Below are positions 1 to 13,452 of a stretch of 64,000 bases of DNA, piece after piece. This DNA comes from Eledone cirrhosa (Eukaryota). A program made the translations under genes and the position numbers. The notes below the pieces were generated by a model. The model did not search any database. It worked only from the letters and a program-made list of their open reading frames with translations, and was not told the origin of the DNA. The stretch spans positions 151,342,001-151,406,000 of the forward strand of contig OZ024742.1 in assembly GCA_964016885.1 (NCBI GenBank), in the 5' to 3' direction. The number at the start of each line of letters is the position of its first letter. The first letter of the stretch is position 1.

Positions 1-378
1 TTTGGCACAAGGCCGGCAATTACCCAGTACATTACTGGTACTTTAGTTTATTGACCCCGTAAGGATGAAAGGTAAAGTTAACCTCGGCGGGATTTGAGCA
101 CAGACCATAAAGGGATGTAACTCTTTGCTGTAAAGAATGGCGTCCGGCCCTCTACCGATACTGCCAACCCACCACCCACTTTGAATAAATAATTGTTTCT
201 ACTTTAGGCACAAGGCCAGCAATTACTCCAGTGCATTACTGGTACTTTATTTTATCGATCCCGTAAGGATGAAAGGCAAAGTAAACCTCGGCAGGATTTG
301 AACTCAGACCGTAAAGGGACGTAACTATGCTGGAAAGCATGGCGTCCGATTCTCTACCGATACTGCCAATCCCCCGCT
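1..378 (-). mobile_element. Two tandem copies of the abundant tRNA-type SINE (SINE-1)
   Basis: Reverse complement contains the A-box-like TGGCAGTATCGGTAGAG and the B-box-like GAGTTCAAATCC. It also has the body GAGGTTAACTTTGCCTTTCATCCTTACGGGGTCGATAAAATAAAGTACCAG shared by >15 copies in the window. Confidence 0.85.
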
Positions 379-859
379 TTTAAATAAATAATGAATGAAT
401 ATTACATAATTTATGTACTAAATTTCGTAAACATAAATAATTTCGTAAAATTAAATAATTTAAAATTGACTTCTTTTCAAAGTTGCACTTCCGGTATATC
501 ATCGCCACCATAACCACCACTTCAATTCCCATATATATATAGAAAGAGAGAGTGTGCGATAAGAGAGATAGAGAGATTATGATTTTCTACTCGCTGACAC
601 GTATGAGTGTGCACATACATACATCTATATGTATGAGTATATAACTATAATCGCGCAAACACAAACTTATAAAAATACACCCTCATGCACATAATTCACA
701 GAAATACACATACATTCACACATACTTTTACACAAACATACATTCACACATACATTTACACAAACACACACATAGTCATGATAGCAGCGTTTGGTGAAAT
801 TGGAAATGGGAGGGTAAAACAAGTATAATGTTTTATTTATTTATTAACTCTTTTTTTTT

Positions 860-1527
860 TAAACTCATTTAATATAATGGTTACAGAACAAAAACACTAT
901 CAAATATAATATATACAAAGGAAAGGGAAAGGAAAAAAGATAGAGAAAAAATACACAAGCAGGTAATACACACAACTTAGGCCACAGCACAATATGCAGG
1001 CGAAAGAGTGAAAAAGAGCCTCTACCAGAGCAAAAGATAGCAATATAGCGAGGAGCACTGGGAAACCTCTCTAATAATTTTTGAGGCAGGCCAGCACGCT
1101 CAAGGCGTTACCTGGGGTGATGGCGAGGCTGAGGTGCTGTAACAACCAAGTGCCCTCATGAGCATCACCAGTTACCTCTGTTTGGCGAGCCACCAGTGAA
1201 GATAAGAATCTCGCTGTCAGTAGCCCGACCCCCCCCCCCCAGACGTCTCGAACGCCACAGGCTGCATAATGTAGTTAGCTGACAGAACACCATATTTTAG
1301 GATTTTGTTCCGTTCAGCTGCGGATGCTAGAGCTCTCGCCCTTACCGCTGCATGCAGAATGTGGGAAGAGCCAAAAGAGTCGCTAACTGTGACGTCCCAA
1401 CTAAAGCACCTGCCTCTTGACCAGGAGCACAGAGTAAGACCGTCAAGTCTTTTCCCATCAATTCAGGACAACCCAGACGGTTCCAAAATTGAGGGGATGT
1501 TTTCCCGGGCCAAAGCTCTTGAGTGAT
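860..1527 (-). mobile_element. 3' fragment of a CRE-like non-LTR retrotransposon (restriction-like endonuclease domain, degenerate)
   Basis: Minus-strand translation RALARENIPSILEPSGLS*IDGKRLDGLTLCSWSRGRCFSWDVTVSD...AERNKILKY...PVAFETSG matches the EP.GL...DGKRPDG...WDVT...K..KY...P.A.ET.G pattern of CRE-clade RLE domains. Confidence 0.7.
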
Positions 1528-1650
1528 AATAGGACTGTGTGTATGTACGTCGGTGTTCTTAAATTAGAGACACGTGTGTGTGTCACTGTTTTTAAGTTAG
1601 ACATATATATGTGTGTATCCCTTTCCTTCCTTTTACACACACATACATTC

Positions 1651-1756
1651 AAAATGAATTGGCGCCAGACAGTTGGGAGGGACCTGCGAGCGACAAACAG
1701 ACAATGGCGGGATGCTGTGCAACTGGCTGCTGACCGAACGCGGTGGAACACTATGA
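1651..1756 (+). mobile_element. Short fragment of the same RTE-like LINE as 2068-2319
   Basis: Near-identical to 2168-2273 (KMNWRQTVGRDLRATNRQWRDAVQLAADRTRWNTM). Confidence 0.75.
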
Positions 1757-2067
1757 CTGATATTTAAGTATCAGCCGTACTAAGAGTGAGGAATTTCATT
1801 TCATTTCAATCTTTTCCATTTATATATATATATAGTAATAATAATAAATTTGAAGGCTAAAATCCAAAGAGGGCTCGATAAGGATAAATATATATCAAAT
1901 ATATAAGAGAACCGTGGAGCAAATATTTTTTCCGTTCATTGCCAGAGAACGTCTCTATGAACCACCTAATAGAATATTAGTCTACGACTGCTTTTATACC
2001 ATAAACGTGGTTATGTCTTTGCGTATAATTGTTTTTCCCCGCTCCAAATAATGACGTATTATATTCG

Positions 2068-2319
2068 CCTGGGCTGGTTTGGACACGCTTTGAAACTTCT
2101 CCCGGAGAGACTGGCGAACCAAGTACTTAAATGGAGCCCGCAGGGAAGCAAACGGAGAGGGCGACCCAAAATGAATTGGCGCCAGACAGTTGGGAGGGAC
2201 CTGCGAGCGACAAACAGACAATGGCGGGACGCTGTACAACTGGCTGCTGACCGAACGAGGTGGAACACTATGATTGCCTCATGCGTCGCAAGACGCGGGA
2301 GCTTCTGAGTCTGAGTCTG
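2068..2319 (+). mobile_element. 5'-truncated RTE-like LINE 3' end with (CTGAGT)n tail and 7-bp TSD
   Basis: Encodes the LGWFGHALKL..ER...L.W.P.G.KRRGRPK..W...V..DL C-terminus. ATATTCG is duplicated at 2061-2067 and 2320-2326; the empty site is seen in the paralog near 24707. Confidence 0.85.
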
Positions 2320-2444
2320 ATATTCGTTTTTTCCCGTGCTTTGCCAGGGAACGTTTTCACGAACCAAAGTATCGTCTTCCTGTCTTCCTCCGGTTGCAAC
2401 GTTTTTTGAAATATTCACTTCTGCGTTCACAGATTGACTTTGTT

Positions 2445-2495
2445 AGTTTCAGAAGATCCCGTTAAAGGTGAAAGCAGCGATTCTTTGCTTAAACT
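2445..2495 (+). ncRNA. Hammerhead-like fold with CAGAAGA core (family B)
   Basis: AGTTT-CAGAAGA-TCCC GTTAA AGGT-GAAA-GCA GCGATTCTT TGC-TT-AAACT: helices I-III are present, but core U4 is replaced by A. Confidence 0.55.
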
Positions 2496-2523
2496 TTAAT
2501 CTGTTATTTTAATATATATATAT

Positions 2524-3045
2524 AAAAGGAATAGGATTTCGCTTCAAGCATAGCTTTATACAATATGCATAAATATTTCGTATCTCCAAAGAAATACAGT
2601 TTTAGGAAGCCGTAGCTATGCAAACACCGGGGGGGGGGGGGGGGGGGCTAACGCCCTCTGGTGATGTTCAGCAGAAGCAAGGGGGACAACCGTCTATGCA
2701 TTTCAGGCTTAACTGGCCATCGTGAGAACGGTCCCTCCCACCGCTTGCGACTGCTAGACTAGAAGACAGGCGAGAATATATATTTTTCTCGTCTGTGTAA
2801 ATGAGATGATTAATCTCATTTGCATATGAAGCTGCATAAGTTGGCTCAACTTATAATAGAAAAGAAACAGGATTTCGCTTCAAGCATAGCTTCATACAAT
2901 ATGTATAAATATTTCGTATCTCCAAAGAAATACGGTTTTAGGAAGCCGTAGCTATACAAACACCGGGGGGCTATCGCCCTCTGGTGATGTCCCCCGGTGT
3001 TTGCATAGCTACGGCTTCCTAAAACCGTATTTCTTTGGAGATATT
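2524..3045 (-). mobile_element. Non-coding ~336-nt monomer in partial tandem with a short terminal inversion (retrozyme/pLTR-like)
   Basis: Direct repeat 2533-2667 / 2869-2990 (period ~336), followed by inverted copy 2991-3043; flanked by (AT)n and (CA)n. Confidence 0.65.
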
Positions 3046-3479
3046 TATACACACACACACACATATATATATGTATATATATACATATTTATTTACAATT
3101 TTTGTGTTCGAGCAAGTTGTCCACACATGTATTCTATCTCTCATGTTCATCTCTTGCGAACGACACCTTCCTAGTTTGGAAGTATTTTCATGGCAGGAGT
3201 CTAAGCTATGGTTTCTAGGCTGTTTGCCTATCGAAAAACCGTAAGTTTAGAGTAGTCGACTGAAGATCGGAATTATCCTTGTATTCGTTATGTCTGTCAC
3301 GTTCTCCAGTTTTTTCGTCCGTTCTAATATTACCTTGTCTATTATTATTTCGTCTCATCCCGACTCCTTTCTTTGTATTTGATATATAATAATAATAATA
3401 GGCGCACAAAGCTGTGCTCGCTAAAACAGTAATGATGCGCAATAAAAATAATAATGGAAATAATGATAATAATAATAAT

Positions 3480-3800
3480 TCAGTCAAGTACTGAGATCAA
3501 CGCGATCGACTATTCTCACCCTTTCAATTGCTGATCATGTATCTATGTTAGTAATTTCTATAGTTAACTGACTGAGTACTCCACAAACACATGTACCTTA
3601 CACTAATGCTCTGCCAGACTCAGTGTGACAAAGCCTGGTCCTTTCAGTTGCTAATACAGTCCATTGGTCAAGCTTATTCTCAGTTTTCGTAAATCAAATT
3701 TCACTCAAAAGGCTTTTATCGAACCGAGGGCAATATGATCGAATCTGAGAATTCCTGATTGAGCAATAAACGTCATAACAATTCTACCTGCGACTACAAT
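3480..3800 (-). mobile_element. Degenerate tRNA-type SINE (second family)
   Basis: Similar in reverse orientation to 59150-59480 (e.g. ACTGAGTACTCCACAAACACATGTACC vs GGTATACACGTCAGGGGAATGTTCAGCC). Confidence 0.45.
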
Positions 3801-4254
3801 ATATGTATTGAATAAACAACCTTTGAGACACCGAGGAAGAAAGAGAGAAATACAGAAAGAAAGAAGAAAGAAAGAAAGAAAGAAAGAAAGAGAAAAGAGA
3901 TGTAGATAGAGGATAGAGAAGTTGCAACGTTGAAGAAATGTGAAATTGTATACTAATATTTGTTAAATAACGATTATAAGGTTTTAAAGAGAATTAATAA
4001 AAATTACAACATTGCAATATAAATGTGAATATCAACAAATAATTATTGTTATTAAATTATTTTTTAAATCTGTTTTACGTTGAAATAGTTGAATTTGAAT
4101 AGATTTTAATGGCGGGGAGAGAAGAAAGAAGAGGTAGAGTCTATTGTCTTTTTTAAGACTTTCTAAATTGAATCTCTGTTCTCAGTTTAAATCCTGCTAA
4201 GACCTAAATTGTCTTACATCCCTCCGATTATCAAATAGTTATGTATACGATATG

Positions 4255-4410
4255 TAAGGCGTTGAAATGACAGAGTCGTTAGGTTGGATAGAATGGTTTG
4301 CAGTATTTGTTTTGACTCACGGCGCTCTGAGTTTAAATCCCGCTGAGGTAAACTTTTATTTTACCCTTTTGAGGTCGATTAACAAATTACCAATTCAATA
4401 CTGGAGTCGA
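4255..4410 (+). mobile_element. Degenerate SINE-1
   Basis: CTGAGTTTAAATCCCGCTGAGGTAAACTTT...GAGGTCGAT. Confidence 0.65.
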
Positions 4411-4532
4411 GTTTTCTCCCCACACTCTCTCTGCCGGCGTCGGCTGTGTTCCGAACTGGGAGCGATAGGTTTTGTCACGTTCAAATGCTCTAGATGTAAC
4501 GAATGCAACGACGGCATCCCTACAACTACATC

Positions 4533-4629
<97 letters not shown>

Positions 4630-4766
4630 GTATATATATATAACCAAAATTAAATTAAGGATGTCATGTCTGAAAATATAAGAAACATGTGCCATAACAC
4701 ATGTAGAATAAGCTCAAAGAGTCCAAGGGATAAATCCGAGCATTTATTTACATTATATAAATATAT

Positions 4767-5002
4767 ATAAACACAAAACAATTAAAGGGGACAATTTGTA
4801 AAGAGTGTAAACACGCATCTGTGATTTGCTCATTAATGGTGAAATATATTTCTTTAATGAAATATATACAAAGAAGATCAATCATTATTGAAAGGTTCAA
4901 ATCACTATTCGAGGTTCTCGTTAATTTTTAATGTTACCTACGTAACTATGTGTGTTTACACTCTTTACAAATTATCCCCTGTAATTTTTTGATGTGTTTA
5001 TT
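4767..5002. repeat. Diverged ~55-bp inverted repeat element abutting (AT)n
   Basis: GGGGACAATTTGTAAAGAGTGTAAACAC (~4787) vs GTGTTTACACTCTTTACAAATTATCCCC (~4953). Confidence 0.6.
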
Positions 5003-5273
5003 TTATATATATATATATATATTGTTATACTTGGGGAGGGTCATATTTGTGTAATATTGCCAGAATTAATAACAGAACACACTCACTGTTTGCTTGGTTT
5101 TCGCTTTTCACTTCTGTGTCTTTTATATCGGTAATCTAATTTATTCGGTCCTCGAAAACACATACAGACACCCGGATGTAACACATGCGCAAACTAAGCA
5201 CACAACACACACAAAAACAAGATGGCGTGGGACAGAACAAAGGAGAGGCACAAAACAAAGAGAAGGACCCCCA

Positions 5274-5316
5274 GTCACTGAAGAGGTCACATAATGTGTG
5301 ATGAAAGAACTTTGAC
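5274..5316 (+). ncRNA. Minimal type I hammerhead ribozyme in PLE-A 5' pLTR
   Basis: GTCA-CTGAAGA-G-GTCACAT AAT GTGTGAT-GAAA-GAAC-TT-TGAC. Confidence 0.7.
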
Positions 5317-5572
5317 AATATATGAACAACCGTCCGGTTGTGGAATCAACCAACCAACCGGAAATTTATAAATTCTTAAATTTATAAATTTAATTTATAA
5401 TAAATTGGAGTGAAAGCAACTGGTGCGTGTGTTTCTTATTGGCAACATGACCCTCCCAAAGTAAAACAATATCGGTTTCAACACACGTTTTCAGATAAAG
5501 AATCTTGCTAAACAAATTCAGAAACGAAATATCGTAAGCCTTAGCCAAGCTAACAAGATACTGAAAACCACC

Positions 5573-8500
5573 ATGTTCTGTTGTCTACGAAAAACAATAA
5601 CATCTCGACAACTACACTTCATAAAAAAATGTGCCTCATCCCGAGTTTACACCAACACCATCAACACCGATGTAAGAAGATTACAACTTACCAAAAAACA
5701 AGCATATAGGCTAAAACGGACACTAATTCTAAACATAAAAAAGAAGATTTACAGAGAAAAACATAAGCGTAACCTAATACAAGAAATAACTAAGATCACC
5801 ACACCAAAAGAAAAATTAGAATACATAAACATTATACACGAAGAAGAAAAGTACATCATTCAAGAATACAACAACCACTTTAACAAGAATTTAACGCGGC
5901 TCAAACAGATGAAACTAAACCAAGAAACTTCAGAGAATAGAGATAAATACCCAGATAGGATTGATGGTATAAACATGGCCGACATCTCATTGACGGATGA
6001 ATTCAACAACAACAACACAAATATATACGGCAACACTACAGTAGACCCTGATGAACTATCTATATTACAACTACCACCTAAATATGCCACATATAATAAG
6101 GTAAATATGATAAGATGCTTGTCAGAAATAGAAAAATCATTTACAAAATTACGTTGGAGCCTCAAAAACAACAACAACAAAAACAAAAATAACAACATAC
6201 GCACACACACACACACGCACACAACACACATCCCAACAACAACAGACACACAGACACAAACAACGATAGCAACAACACACACAACAATAATAACAACATA
6301 CACAGAGACAACAACACTAACAACAACAATACACATCAGCAACAACACACATCAACAACAACAACACACACACATCCTATGCCTCCCACCACCACCACAA
6401 TCTTTACAGACACACAGACACAGAAAACAGATAATGACAGTAACACAGAGGTAAGGGAAGGTAATGGGATTGAAAGAAGAATGGAGACTATCGATACTGA
6501 CAGAGAAAATTACCGGACGAACACACAGTCACACAAAATAATAACAATGAGCCAGAGGAAAGAGAAAGGAGTAATAATGAGAGACATAGAAACAACTATG
6601 AGGCTGTTGGTGGAAATAGAAATAGAAACAACACAACTAACAATAACAATAGCAATAGAACACATACCGCAGCAGCATGGAATTCTACTTTTTATAATCC
6701 TTCCGATATGTCCTTCGACCTACGACGAGTCCACGCCACGACTTTAGCTTTTAACAAACGCACGCAATTGCCGTCGCAGGTCGATGAACAAACAGAAGCA
6801 CAATTTAATATAGCTAAATCTAAACTTAGAAATATTATAGAACAGTATAGCAAGAAGCAAAATAGAATGGAGCAACTGGGAGAAAAATCTGCAAATGGCT
6901 TGCGTAAGCTCATGCAGCGCTCACGTAATGGAGAGATTGCATGCTTTCCAATAGAAAAGTCTGGCAGAATGTCGGTTGACAGTCTGCCAAACTACATCCA
7001 GGCAATGCAACCCCACATCACTAACACAAGAGAAGTAACACCACAAGGGCATGAGGATAGAGAGAAAACACTCAACGCTCATATGATGATGTAGACAAAC
7101 ATAATGCAGCCCAATAAACGGACTGCCAACAACTTCCAGGCCTGGAACAATGACGTGCCAGCGTTGTATGGGCTTCGAAAAGACCATAAGACGAACAGTG
7201 ACCCAGTCACAGGATCACCAACACGGCCAGTCTGTGGAGCTAACATTGCTAGTAACTACAGACTTTCCTACTTCCTCTCCCTGAGCGTACGCCCCATCAT
7301 TGAAATGTCCCTGGATATATGTGACAGCACGGAGGACCTCCTCAGCAGAACCAGCCGAAATAACCGATCTAGGGACCTAACAGACTGTATAATAGGTAGT
7401 ATGGATGTTGTGTCCCTATACCCATCCATTGACGTGGATTTTGCTGTGGAGAAATGCGTAGAAATGATCAGTGAGAGCAATGTTGAATTCCGTGGGATTG
7501 ATACCAGTGAGCTGGGACTCTTACTTAAACTTACTTATAGTAATGCTTATCTAGATACGTATGACCTTAGCAACCTCTGTCCCACAAGGCCAGCAAGAGG
7601 CAGACCACCTACCATTACCTCAATAGCCAAGAAAACCCACACAGAAAGATGGAACGGGTGGACCAGAGCGATACGGACCCCCGAAAACCATGATGAACTA
7701 AAGAAAATGATTGCACATGCGGTGGGGGCCAGTATAAAACTAACCCCTTAAGGAACATATGTTCAAATTTAATGGAGGGAGCAGCCATTGGTGTTAGCAT
7801 TGTAGGTGACATAGCTAACCTATTCATGGTATAGTGGGAAATAAACTTAAAGAACAATTAAAAGACAGCAACCTCTTAACCCTGATAATTACTCTCGCTA
7901 CGTTGATGATATAAACATCGTAGTAAAAACACCCCCACTAGAGAACAGTCAGGAAAGCATCCAGCAAATAGATAACTCCATCCACCAGAGTATTAGAGTT
8001 ACTATAGACTACCCAAGTAAACACCCCAACCATCGATTACCTGTACTAGACACAGAGCTCTGGTTAGAAACCATTAATAACGACAAAACAAATCCTCCAT
8101 TCCCATTATGCCAAACCCATGACTTCCAAATATCTGATCCATCGAAACTCAGCTGTTTCGGATCACACCCAAATCAACATACTGATTGCGGATTTGGTAC
8201 GGGTGATGAGAAACGTGTCCCGCATGTGCAACACCAAAGAACTAGAGAGACACATACAAGACTTCATCCACCGTATGCAGTTCTCTGGTTACAATCAGAG
8301 AGATAAGATCAGAGTATATAGAGGAGCCAGAACCAAATGGGAAAAATTGTAAATAATGATACAAATGGGACCTGCCCCTTGTATAGGAGCAAATTTTGGA
8401 ATAGAATAGAAAGAACTAGGAATAAGGTTAATAGAATAAACTCATGGTATGATAGCAATAAATACCAGAGTGTAATGTTCATCAATACAACCCCTAGAGG

Positions 8501-8980
8501 TGAATTAGCTTACAAATTTAGAAGGGCCCTAGATAAACTTAAACTAAATATTAGGATAGTAGAAAGACCAGGTACCTCCATAAAAACACTTATTAGTAAT
8601 ACATACCCTTTTCAAAGACCTCCATGTATAGATAAGAAATGCATAATCTGTAAACTAAGCCCCCATATTAACTGTAAAACTAGAAACATAGTATATAGCA
8701 TAAGAATATAGTCTACATAGGTAAGACAGCTCGCTGTATAGGAGAACGATTAAATGAACACTGGCGAGAGCTTCAAGATAGAAAAGATTCATCAGTACTC
8801 CACCAACATGCTAAAATAAAACATAAGGGCAAATTAGAGAACATAGAAATAAAAATAAAATCTACACACAGAAAAGACGCAATGTTTAGACAAATCACAG
8901 AGGCAATAAACATAAATGAACTCCAACCAAAATTAAATAGAAAGCATGAATCGAATAGCAACATCACAACTTACAATTAA
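5573..8980 (+). pseudogene. PLE RT-GIY-YIG polyprotein, frameshifted and with stops
   Basis: PALYGLRKDHK..PTRPV; GSMDVVSLYPSID; YSRYVDDI (~7890); LPVLD; KPMTS; C-x-C..CKTRNIVYSI..YIG...RQITEA..LNRK.E. Spread over ORFs 5573, 6708, 7104, 8119 and 8337. Confidence 0.9.
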
Positions 8981-9176
8981 GGACAAAATGAAAACACACA
9001 CACATAGAACAACCAAGCAACCAGTAACATGTAAATAAACAAATAAATAAACAAATAAAAACACATACAGGCATCCGGATGTAACACATGCGCAAACTAA
9101 GCACACAACACACACAAAAACAAGATGGCGTGGGACAGAACAAAGGAGAGGCACAAAACAAAGAGAATAACCCCCA

Positions 9177-9219
9177 GTCACTGAAGAGGTCACATAATGT
9201 GTGACGAAAGAACTTTGAC
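9177..9219 (+). ncRNA. Minimal type I hammerhead ribozyme in PLE-A 3' pLTR
   Basis: GTCA-CTGAAGA-G-GTCACAT AAT GTGTGAC-GAAA-GAAC-TT-TGAC; the same motif is on the minus strand at 34149-34191 and 37314-37356. Confidence 0.75.
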
Positions 9220-10000
9220 AATATATGAACAACCGTCCGGTTGTGGAATCAACCAACCAACCGGAAATTTATAAATTCTTAAATTTATAAATTTAATTTA
9301 TAATAAATTGGAGTGAAAGCAACTGGTGCGTGTGTTTCTTATTGGCAACATGACCCTCCCAAAGTATAACAATATCGGTTTCAACACACGTTTTCAGATA
9401 AAGAATCTTGCTAAACAAATTCAGAAACGAAATATCGTAAGCCTTCGCCAAACTAACAAGATACTGAAAACCACCATGTTCTGTTGTCTACGAAAAACAA
9501 TAACATCTCGACAACTACACTTCATAAAAGAATGTGCCTCATCCCGAGTTTACACCAACACCATCAACACCAATGTAAGAAGATTACAACTTACCAAAAA
9601 ACAAGCATATATGCTAAAACGGACACTAATTCTAAACATAAAAAAGAAGATTTACAGAGAAAAACATAAGCGTAACCTAATACAAGAAATAACTAAGATC
9701 ACCACACCAAAAGAAAAATTAGAATACATAAACATTATACACGAAGAAGAAAAGTACATCATCCAAGAATACAACAACCACTTTAACAAGAATTTAACGC
9801 GGCTCAAACAGATGAAACTAAACCAAGAAACTTCAGAGAATAGAGATAAATACCCAGATAGGATTGATGGTATAAACATGGCCGACATCTCATTGACGGA
9901 TGAATTCAACAACAACAACACAAATATATACGGCAACACTACAGTAGACCCTGATGAACTATCCATATTACAACTACCACCTAAATATGCCACATATAAT

Positions 10001-10187
10001 TGTTTCTACTTTAGGCACAAGGCCAGCAAATACCCAGTGCATTACTGGTATTTTATTTTATCGACCCCGTAAGGATGAAAGGCAAAGTCAACCTCGGCGG
10101 GATTTGAACTCAGATTGTAAAGGGACGTAACTATGCTGGAAAGCATGGCGTCCGACCCTCTACCGATACTGCCAATCCACTGCCATT
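10001..10187 (-). mobile_element. Full-length SINE-1 inserted in PLE-A with 16-bp TSD
   Basis: ATATGCCACATATAAT at 9985-10000 and 10188-10203; the uninterrupted site is at ~6082 in the first copy. Confidence 0.92.
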
Positions 10188-10266
10188 ATATGCCACATAT
10201 AATAAGGTAAATATTATAAGATGCTTGTCAGAAATAGAAAAATCATTTACAAAATTACGTTGGAGC

Positions 10267-11124
<858 letters not shown>

Positions 11125-12864
11125 CGCTATCAAAGTGTAAATTGTCTATTACGGACGAATGAACCCTGAATATGTAAGCATAGCAGTACTTTATATTATT
11201 TAACATAAATGGCAACTAACCATGTTTTCGTCGGTATTCAGAGTTTCATGATGGTATCTGATTAATACGTCATGCACCATCAATCCTCAGTCTTTATGAA
11301 AAACAATTATTTTCATAAAGGTGTGTCATGAATAGATATGTCACATATGGCCATTAAAGGGTGTGGATGGGTGGCAAACATGTCAGAAAAAAAAGAAAAA
11401 GAAAAAAAAAGATTTAAAAAAATGACAACAAACAAATCGTTAAAACTTCAAGTTAAGGAATAAGTAGGTTAATTCGTATCATTGATTTGTAAATACTTCT
11501 TCTGAGATATATTTTCTTGAATAAATCTGATTCTGTTCTCTTCGACGATACGAGAGCATTTAAATGACACATAAAAATGACTGCAGGTGCGCTAGCTGTC
11601 AAAATGATGATGGAATTAGCATTTAAAGTTTATTGAATTAGCATTCAAAGAGTACCTGTTAACCCCCCCCCCCCCCGCCCCAAAATAAATAACACAAAAC
11701 AAAACAAAACAAAAAAAAAACAAAAAAAAAAACAAAAAAAAATTATATATAAAACTAGTTAACTATCAGTTAACAACCCGTCGGTTGCATTTATCTAGAA
11801 ATGTTTAGAATTTATCTAACAGACATATTCTGTTCAGACCTTCCAGTATCTCCCCAAGACATGTAAATAAGTTTCTACTTGGCTACTTTCTAAATTTATT
11901 TTCTTGCTAAATAACATACATATTTTTATAGTCAGACCATACAGCTGGCCAAGTTGACTTAACTCTTTTTAGAGCGTATTTCAAATAATATATAACGTAT
12001 CTTAATTAATTAATAAGGAATCTTGAGTGATTTATTAAAGTTATTATTTATTTCATTATTAACATAGTTATTTGACAAATAGTTCTTATATAAAACCATG
12101 TTGGAAGATTTAATTTTAATAGTAACCCTTTAAAATGAGTAGGTTTGTTTTATAGAACCAGAGTTTCTTTTGGCAGGGTTGGCATCAAAAGGATTAATTA
12201 CATAAATATTGACAACTCGTACTTCGTCACCGATGCTGCATCAAGTTCAGATAAGACAATATATGTATGGGAAAATACCATTATTGTTGCTGGAACTTCT
12301 AGAAATAGCAGCCAAATTTCCCCCAAGAAACATTGGATGAAATCCTCCGGAGTACACTATATCAGAAGAAAAGATGGTATGGTTATGGTTAGAGAGGCCT
12401 ATGGTCTACTCTTTACAAAACTAATCTGAGGCTAAACAACAACGTTGGTAGTGTTAGTTTAGTGTAATATACAGTCGTGCATTATGTGCTGGGGCAAAGC
12501 CACTTTTTGCACCTACACCTTAATTAATAGGACAAGAAATCTTTCGCCCAATCACGTCTGAGTTAGGAGGCGACTGCTCCCATTTTCCCCTCTCACTTCG
12601 CTTCTAGTCATATATGCAGCTGATAATCGAAATCCAGTGGCAAATTTTAATTTTACTCTACAGGACACACCGCCTAACCCATCACAGATACCTTAAGTAA
12701 ATTGAAAGCTTAGAACTTATAAGATCTGACAGAATGTGATTGTGTTTAGTTCATACATTTCCCATAGTCATTAAAAGAAGAATATAGGTAAATTAACTCT
12801 CACAAGGAAACGGTAACAAAGTTGTGTATTCACTTTATTCTGAATTTAAGGACGACGCCCACCC

Positions 12865-13452
12865 CCCTGGCAGAATCGGTAGAGCGTCAGATACCATGCT
12901 TTGTAGCATAGAGTTATGGCACTTTACGTTCTGAGTTCAAATCCCGCCAAGGGAGTCGATAAAATAAATTACCAGTAATGCACTGGGTCGATATAATCGT
13001 GCCTATAGTAGAAATCATTATTTAACAATAACTAAGGCAGTGAATTGGCAAAATCGTTAGAACGTTGGACAAATGCTTTGCTGTATTTTTCCGGTACTTT
13101 ACTGTCTGAATTCCAATCTCACCGATGTCAACTTTATCTTCCATCCTTCTGAGGTCGATAAATAAAGTAGCTGTCAATTACTGGGGTCGATATAATCTAC
13201 TTTAATCTCTCCTCAAAAGTGTCGGTCCTGTGCCAAGGATTGACAGTATTGGTAGAGTGTCGGACAATATGTTTTGCGGCATACAGATATGACCCTTTAC
13301 GTTCTGAGTTCAAATCCCGCCGAGGTTAGCTTTGCCTTTCATCCTTACAGCGTCGATAAAATAAAGTACCAGTAATGCACTGTGGTCGATTTAATTGACT
13401 TTCTTTTCCCCCCAAATTGCTGGCCCTGTGCCAAACTTAGAAGCCATTATTT
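12865..13452 (+). mobile_element. Cluster of three SINE-1 copies
   Basis: Three A/B-box heads (~12868, ~13045, ~13245), each followed by GTCGATAAA(A)TAAA. Confidence 0.8.

Larger units (their letters stand above)
1845..2515. mobile_element. Fold-back non-coding element family B, copy 1 (interrupted by an RTE fragment)
   Basis: Homologous to 23765-24900. A minus-strand 3' tail at 1845-1925 is followed by a plus-strand arm ending in (AT)n; hammerhead-like fold at 2445-2495. Confidence 0.75.
5155..10266 (+). mobile_element. Penelope-like retroelement family A, full unit plus partial tandem copy (pseudo-LTR structure, period ~3903 bp)
   Basis: 5155-6160 is repeated at 9058-10266. RT and GIY-YIG motifs lie between the repeats, and each pLTR has a hammerhead fold. 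Confidence 0.92.
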
